Source of the DNA: Flavobacterium sp.
Lineage (GTDB): Bacteria; Bacteroidota; Bacteroidia; Flavobacteriales; Flavobacteriaceae
Direction: 5' to 3'
DNA length: 64,000 bases
Assembly: GCA_044379175.1 (NCBI GenBank)
Contig: JBIPOM010000254.1
Coordinates: forward strand, 5,851-69,850
The notes below the pieces were generated by a model that had not been told where the DNA came from, did no database searches, and saw only the letters and a list, made by a program, of their open reading frames with translations. Positions 59,133 to 64,000 of the stretch are shown piece by piece; position 1 is the first letter of the stretch, and every line of letters starts with the position of its first letter. The translations under genes were made by a program, and so were the position numbers.

Positions 59133-60025
59133 TCTACTGGATAAGCATTATATACAAGTAAAGAATCTGCTACAATCAAGCCAAATGGTTCTCTCATAAA
59201 ATCATAAACTTTTCTATCTTCTTTGACTATTTCTATAGAGCGAACTTGATATAAAGGTCCATCAATCAATGACTCTTCTGGATTTTTTACTATTAAATCT
59301 CCAGATTTTAATTGTGAAGAAATAACAAACATTAGTTTATTTTCTCTAACAACAAGAATATCTTCTTGTGTAGAAAATCTCTTATACTTGTCTCCATTAA
59401 CTAAAACTGTATCAGATACTTCACTTTCTTTTATATTATTTACCACAGACTCTACTGTAGTGTATTCTTTATTATTTTCAGATGACCATAGTCTTAAACC
59501 ATCATGATTTGTTATTGGAATATCTTTAAATGTTTTAGTTATTAAAATATCTCCAACAACTATGTCTTTGGCTAATGCATATCCCTCTTTAGTTAAAACT
59601 GGTGTTTCTTGATCTATACAAAGACCACCAAAATAGGTTGGTGAAAATCCAAATACTCTAAATGGTGAAAAACCAAATACGTTAAAGGGGGAAAACCCAA
59701 ATACGTTAAAAGGAGAAAATCCAAATACTTGAAATGGAGAAAATCCAAACACCCCAAATGGTGTAAATGTAAATTGTCTAACTGTTAAATCAACTGGGGT
59801 TTCATAGTCTGCTGGTGTTGTTACTGCAGGAGTTTGTCCAACAACTTTTCCATCATTTGCAAGTTCTGTTGGTTCTCCAGAAACTGAAGTAATTACGTTT
59901 CCTAAAGTAAATCCTTCTGATACAACATCTGTTTGGGCTTGTGCACTTGTTCTTCCAATAAAATTAGGAAGTAGTTTCATTCCTTTTGCTACAACGTATT
60001 TAACTAGTTTTCCAAATAATGCCAT
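59129..60025 (-). CDS. PASTA-like protein with (FxVFGFSP)5 repeats and a C-terminal Hint domain
   Basis: LPNFIGRTSAQA...GFTLG...VVGQTP...VDLTV (PASTA-like); repeats; CIDQETPVLTKEG..AKDIVVGD ... VYDF...IVADSLLVYN. Confidence 0.8.
   Translation of the reverse strand: MALFGKLVKYVVAKGMKLLPNFIGRTSAQAQTDVVSEGFTLGNVITSVSGEPTELANDGKVVGQTPAVTTPADYETPVDLTVRQFTFTPFGVFGFSPFQVFGFSPFNVFGFSPFNVFGFSPFRVFGFSPTYFGGLCIDQETPVLTKEGYALAKDIVVGDILITKTFKDIPITNHDGLRLWSSENNKEYTTVESVVNNIKESEVSDTVLVNGDKYKRFSTQEDILVVRENKLMFVISSQLKSGDLIVKNPEESLIDGPLYQVRSIEIVKEDRKVYDFMREPFGLIVADSLLVYNAYPVD
59639..59758 (-). repeat. Five 24-nt tandem repeats encoding FxVFGFSP (x=G,Q,N,N,R)
   Basis: Read directly; same peptide as 51312..51431 but with different codons. 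Confidence 0.95.
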
Positions 60026-60034
60026 AGCAAACCC

Positions 60035-60685
60035 CTATGCGATCAAGTCGCCGACTAGAAGCCAGGTATTTGTATCAAACTTAAACAAGGATGCACCTGA
60101 GTACCTTGCTGCAATTGCTTTATTTGTATTTTTACTATTTAAAGTAACTCCTGCACCTGCAACAAATGTAACAGATCCAGTGTTCATTCTAAAAACATCT
60201 ATTTCTGATCCTATTGGAAAGGCAATACTTGAATTGGGTGGAATAGTTACTGTCCATGCTCCTGTGGAATCAAAAGTTATACTTTGACCAATATCATTTA
60301 ATGTTAAATCATAATTTTGTGTTCCGCTACCAGCCTGTTTATTAAAGGTAACTAAACCACCGTAAGATATCCAATTTGTTCCGTTGTAAAATTGTAAATC
60401 ATTAATTGCTACGGCACCAGAGGTTTGTCTAACAAAACAAACTGTTCCTCTTACTGGTGAGGTTAATGCTGCATCTCTTGCTGCAGGATTTAAAAAGTTA
60501 TTTACTCCAGCCTTAGCAGTAATTACTGCATTAGTATCTGAAAATGTAACATTGTTTTGAAATTCTTGTGTTCCAGACCAAACATAATTTGCGGCAGTGT
60601 TTGTGTTTGCACCAATTGCATAAAAAGTATCTGTACCTTGATCATATACGTATGCTGTTTTACCAGTAGTATTTAATGATGGCAT
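60035..60685 (-). CDS. Virion structural protein
   Basis: C-terminal FPIGSEIDV...WLLVGDL domain is homologous to the C-terminus of 52081..53913. Confidence 0.65.
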   Translation of the reverse strand: MPSLNTTGKTAYVYDQGTDTFYAIGANTNTAANYVWSGTQEFQNNVTFSDTNAVITAKAGVNNFLNPAARDAALTSPVRGTVCFVRQTSGAVAINDLQFYNGTNWISYGGLVTFNKQAGSGTQNYDLTLNDIGQSITFDSTGAWTVTIPPNSSIAFPIGSEIDVFRMNTGSVTFVAGAGVTLNSKNTNKAIAARYSGASLFKFDTNTWLLVGDLIA

Positions 60686-60783
60686 TATGCACCAATCCCT
60701 ATTGCTTTAAGTTCTTCTTCTGTTAAACCTAATGCAACTAGTTTTGCAATTGCTATTTCTTTTAAAATTATGTTATCAGTCAT
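60685..60783 (-). CDS. 32-aa protein missed by the ORF track
   Basis: MTDNIILKEIAIAKLVALGLTEEELKAIGIGA; TAATG-coupled at both ends. Confidence 0.6.
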   Translation of the reverse strand: MTDNIILKEIAIAKLVALGLTEEELKAIGIGA

Positions 60784-61229
60784 TATTCACCTATTGTATC
60801 CCAATCAGAAGTTGCTGAATTATAAATTTTCATTTCAAGTGGACTAGATCCTTTTACAACCCAAAGAGTTCCATCTGTTGGTGTTGCTGGTTCTATTGCT
60901 GTGTAAATTGCTGTTGGGTTTACTGGTGTAGTTCCTGGTGTTGAGTCAATATCTAACCAAAGTAAACCTTCTGCAAGAGCATTTGCATCTGGTTGTGTGG
61001 ACTGAACAACTGAACCTGTTCCTAAATTTTGTAATACAGTTATTGAGTTTTGAATATTTTGTAAATGATAGGCAATTGATGGGTTAACTAGTGCTGCTGT
61101 ATTGGCATTTGTTTCGTCATATGTGCTTGAGCCGTAATGGTATGTTCTTAGGGCAGACTGAATATCTGCGGCATCTTCATAACCTGGAACTTTAGTGGAA
61201 TATATATTTCCTATGCTAACATCAGCCAT
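60783..61229 (-). CDS. Virion structural protein
   Basis: GLLWLD and GTLWV fibre-type motifs. Confidence 0.55.
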   Translation of the reverse strand: MADVSIGNIYSTKVPGYEDAADIQSALRTYHYGSSTYDETNANTAALVNPSIAYHLQNIQNSITVLQNLGTGSVVQSTQPDANALAEGLLWLDIDSTPGTTPVNPTAIYTAIEPATPTDGTLWVVKGSSPLEMKIYNSATSDWDTIGE

Positions 61230-61247
61230 TGTTCATCACCTTCCTCA

Positions 61248-61832
61248 TTATACCACGATAGATATTACAAAATGAACTGTTTTTACGCCAGTTAAATCTT
61301 GCCAGGTAGAACTAGCATACTCAATAGCATTAACTGTTACTGGAATTACCTGTATTCCAGTTCCTGGATCGTTTGTAAAAGAGCCTATTTCTATAGAAGA
61401 TGCTATTGGGTTTTCGTTTGGAATACTGTAAGTGATATTAAAATTTGCACTAGTTAAGGTTTGAGATGTTTCTTCGTCAACAATATAATTTACAGGAATA
61501 TTAAAAACTTTAGATCCATCAACAAATGTTCCAGTCATTATTTTATTGTATTGAAGTGGGTTTAGTTTAATTATTGGGTACCATTGAAATCCAGGACCAC
61601 CATCAGAATTGTACTGATAAACATATGAATATTCGTTATCTGTTTTTAAAACATTAACACAAAGGTCTTTTGCTTTTGGGGTTTGGCCAACAAGTGCTGT
61701 ATTTGGATTGCCTACTGAAACATAAAATAAACTTCCACGTTCACCTTCAGGTCCAAAGTCAACTTCTACGTTTATACTACTTGGTCCGCTTAATACTAAC
61801 AGTTCGTCGGTGGTTAATACTACGTCAGCCAT
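61248..61832 (-). CDS. Virion structural protein
   Basis: GPEGERGS motif; structural-cluster position. Confidence 0.5.
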   Translation of the reverse strand: MADVVLTTDELLVLSGPSSINVEVDFGPEGERGSLFYVSVGNPNTALVGQTPKAKDLCVNVLKTDNEYSYVYQYNSDGGPGFQWYPIIKLNPLQYNKIMTGTFVDGSKVFNIPVNYIVDEETSQTLTSANFNITYSIPNENPIASSIEIGSFTNDPGTGIQVIPVTVNAIEYASSTWQDLTGVKTVHFVISIVV

Positions 61833-62185
61833 TATGCACCAGTTACATCTGCTGTTACAGTGATTGTTCCTTTTAGAAGTGTGTAAACTACATCTGTTCC
61901 ACTTGATATTTGAACATCGTAATAGTATATGGTTCCTGCATCTAGATTATCTTTACCCACTTCTGGTAATATTACACAAGTAACTCTATCTTTAGCGTTG
62001 TTAATGACCGCACTTGCTGCAAATGGGCCTTCCTCTGGATCTGGTCCAGTTGAAGATGCTATAGAAAAAGCAGAATTATATCCATCTAAATCAAAAACGT
62101 CGCCTGCAGCGTCTTTAGGGTATATAACAAATTCATAACGGTCACCCTTGTAATAATTAATGTTGTATGTGCCTGGAAATGCCAT
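61832..62185 (-). CDS. BppU-like protein
   Basis: YKGD...FDLDGY...YYYDVQI...TLLKGTITVTADVT. Confidence 0.6.
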   Translation of the reverse strand: MAFPGTYNINYYKGDRYEFVIYPKDAAGDVFDLDGYNSAFSIASSTGPDPEEGPFAASAVINNAKDRVTCVILPEVGKDNLDAGTIYYYDVQISSGTDVVYTLLKGTITVTADVTGA

Positions 62186-62211
62186 AAACCCTCCTAGTTC
62201 ATTATATCATG

Positions 62212-62940
62212 CTATGAAACTGATACATATATTTTTTTTAGTATTAGGTTTGTTAAATGATCTGATTTTGCATATGGTCTGCAGAAGTTAAACCACATTT
62301 CTTTATTTTCTATGTGTATTGTTTGGTCAACTGTTAGGTCAAAGATTCCTTGGTATTTAAATGATCCAACCATTGTTAGAACTGATTTGTCAATTTCAGG
62401 GTATACGGTAGCAAACCAAAATTCAGTATTGTTAACAAAGGTTTCAAGTGAAAAGTTATAGGTAAGTCTAACAGTTGATCCTATTTCTAAACTTCTAAAT
62501 GTTAGTACTCTGGATTGTTCGTTGTAAAGGGTGTTGCAGTTTAATGGTAGGAATGATTGGTTTTTTGATATGCCTTTTTTGTCAATGTATAAATCGTGCC
62601 ATCCGTTTTCACCTCTAGATGGGTCTATGCTAAAAATTTTAGAAGATGTATCTTCGTAACTGGCCCAACCTGGTTGTTGTTTGTAAACTGGAAAATAACT
62701 TTCTCCATTTTTACCGTTTATACCATTCTTGCCATTTTTTCCATCTGCTCCAGCATCACCTTTGTCACCTTTGTCACCTTTAGGACCTTGTATTCCTTGT
62801 GGACCCATTGCACCTTGAGGTCCTGGTACACCTTGAGGTCCTGGGACTGGTAAAAATTGTAGTTGTGGGGCTTCCTGATCAACTGCATTAATTTTTTGTT
62901 TTTCTTGTATAGGAAAACCCATGCTGCGTGAAATGGCCAT
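62212..62940 (-). CDS. Collagen-like (Gly-X-Y) repeat protein
   Basis: GPQGVPGPQGAMGPQGIQGPKGDKGDKGDAGADGKNGKNG. Confidence 0.8.
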   Translation of the reverse strand: MAISRSMGFPIQEKQKINAVDQEAPQLQFLPVPGPQGVPGPQGAMGPQGIQGPKGDKGDKGDAGADGKNGKNGINGKNGESYFPVYKQQPGWASYEDTSSKIFSIDPSRGENGWHDLYIDKKGISKNQSFLPLNCNTLYNEQSRVLTFRSLEIGSTVRLTYNFSLETFVNNTEFWFATVYPEIDKSVLTMVGSFKYQGIFDLTVDQTIHIENKEMWFNFCRPYAKSDHLTNLILKKIYVSVS

Positions 62941-62949
62941 AGCGTCTCC

Positions 62950-63051
62950 TTATTTTGTTATCTTTACGATTTTTTCTGAGCCTGTTGAGTCTGTTATTTT
63001 TATAACGGACGGTAAATCATTTTTAACATTTGAAATTTTTATGACTGGCAT
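62950..63051 (-). CDS. 33-aa protein missed by the ORF track
   Basis: MPVIKISNVKNDLPSVIKITDSTGSEKIVKITK; ATG coupled to the upstream TAA. Confidence 0.5.
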   Translation of the reverse strand: MPVIKISNVKNDLPSVIKITDSTGSEKIVKITK

Positions 63052-63425
63052 TATAAGGTACCACTAATGTCACCAAGAACCGTGATGGTTCCTATAACTG
63101 GTGTCCAAACTGTGTCGTCGATAGTTACTTCTAAATCAAACATAAGTTCTGCAACGCTAGAACGGTACGTAGAGCCCCAAAATGCACTCAAACTTGGGTC
63201 TACCTTTACCTGAACATACCCTGAGCCTGAAACGACCGTTAGAGGGTCGATTATATCGGTTTTAGGGTCATATGCGGAGGCAAGGTAAGTCCATCCTGTT
63301 GTGTCGTAATGTGTTGTTTCATCGTTTTGTAAAAAGTCAATTCTTATCAGAGAAGAGTCTCCACGAATTATTTGCCATTTAAGGGTGGCGGGGTCAGATC
63401 CAAATTTTTCTACGGTTGTACACAT
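63051..63425 (-). CDS. BppU-like protein
   Basis: IIRGDS...FDLEV...WTPVIGTITVLGDI; paralogue of 57453..57860. Confidence 0.55.
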   Translation of the reverse strand: MCTTVEKFGSDPATLKWQIIRGDSSLIRIDFLQNDETTHYDTTGWTYLASAYDPKTDIIDPLTVVSGSGYVQVKVDPSLSAFWGSTYRSSVAELMFDLEVTIDDTVWTPVIGTITVLGDISGTL

Positions 63426-63453
63426 ATTAGCATTATATCATTTTATTAAAATT

Positions 63454-63507
63454 AAAAGTCCAACACCCAAGAAACGGTGGGTATCGAGATTTACTCAGGT
63501 GTCAGAC
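63454..63507 (-). ncRNA. Candidate small hairpin RNA
   Basis: TGATATAAT promoter ~5 nt upstream; 14-bp stem GUCUGACACCUGAG/CUUGGGUGUUGGAC with 4 G-U pairs (so it forms fully only on the minus strand); 22-nt loop; UUUU. Confidence 0.45.
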
Positions 63508-63728
63508 ATAAAATTATATCATGCCAGGTATACAGAAGGTTTGTGGATAAGTTGTTAATAAAGAATTCACCAAATCGTTATAATTGGTTTTTAAGGTTTG
63601 TGAGGGAATTTATATTAGACCAGGAAAACAATGTGTATAATTAATATATATAAAGAAAAAAGAATATCCTAATACCTTAGATATCTTATATATATTATAT
63701 ATAAAGATATATTATATATAGGTCGAAA

Positions 63729-63950
63729 TTATTTTTTACGCTTAGAAGGTTTTTCAGAGTTCGACAATATGATGTCATAGATGATTTCTACCTTTTGTTC
63801 TAAGCGGTTTACTTGATCTTTGATGGATGATCCTGAGTTCGGACGAAGTTCGCTTAGGTAATGTTTTACTAACCATCTAACACCTAAAGCGATAGATCCG
63901 AATATGGATAGAATACTCACGATAACTTCGGCAGCCATTTTTAATTCCAT
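63729..63950 (-). CDS. Holin-like small membrane protein
   Basis: One N-terminal TM helix, ELRPNSGSSIKDQVNRLE and a basic C-terminus. Confidence 0.55.
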   Translation of the reverse strand: MELKMAAEVIVSILSIFGSIALGVRWLVKHYLSELRPNSGSSIKDQVNRLEQKVEIIYDIILSNSEKPSKRKK

Positions 63951-64000
63951 TGTAGTAAAATTATAACAGTGTTTTACATTTTTTTGAACGGTAGTTCGAT

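Noticed and set aside
1-64000. Stop-codon reassignment or tRNA genes
   Set aside because: TAA, TAG and TGA all end full-length genes under the standard code, and no cloverleaf or T-loop motif was recognised in the short intergenic gaps.

Overview
This window is a 64-kb segment of a large, AT-rich, tailed dsDNA phage genome. It is probably siphovirus-like and probably infects Actinobacteria; the host is inferred from the gene set and the leaderless-promoter style. Almost every gene is on the minus strand. Read in the direction of transcription (right to left), the order is: holin-like gene; a block of tail-fibre, baseplate-like and decoration genes with a glycosyltransferase; two 2OG-Fe(II)-type oxygenases; class II ribonucleotide reductase; a P4H-like oxygenase; a LamG-like virion protein; portal, prohead protease/scaffold, major capsid, head-tail genes, major tail, two tail chaperones, a 2463-aa tape measure and minor tail genes; DnaB, primase, SSB, DnaE and RecA; five tandem 2OG-Fe(II) oxygenase paralogues; Cas4-like and RuvC-like nucleases; and terminase (truncated at the window edge). 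The only convincing plus-strand gene is a secreted lytic transglycosylase. The most striking observation is that two unrelated proteins (one FN3-like, one PASTA-like) carry the same cassette: five tandem FxVFGFSP octapeptides followed directly by a Cys-initiated Hint (intein-like) domain with non-canonical catalytic residues. The same window encodes eight 2OG-Fe(II)-type oxygenases and a glycosyltransferase. Together these suggest an autoprocessed, enzymatically tailored (RiPP-like) peptide-display system on the virion. Other candidates: a small hairpin RNA complementary to the major-tail terminator, a duplicated tail chaperone that appears to replace the usual frameshift, widespread leaderless extended -10 promoters, and phased DnaA-box-like repeats. 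No tRNA, rRNA or CRISPR array was recognised. All functional calls come from motif recognition by eye; no database search was run.
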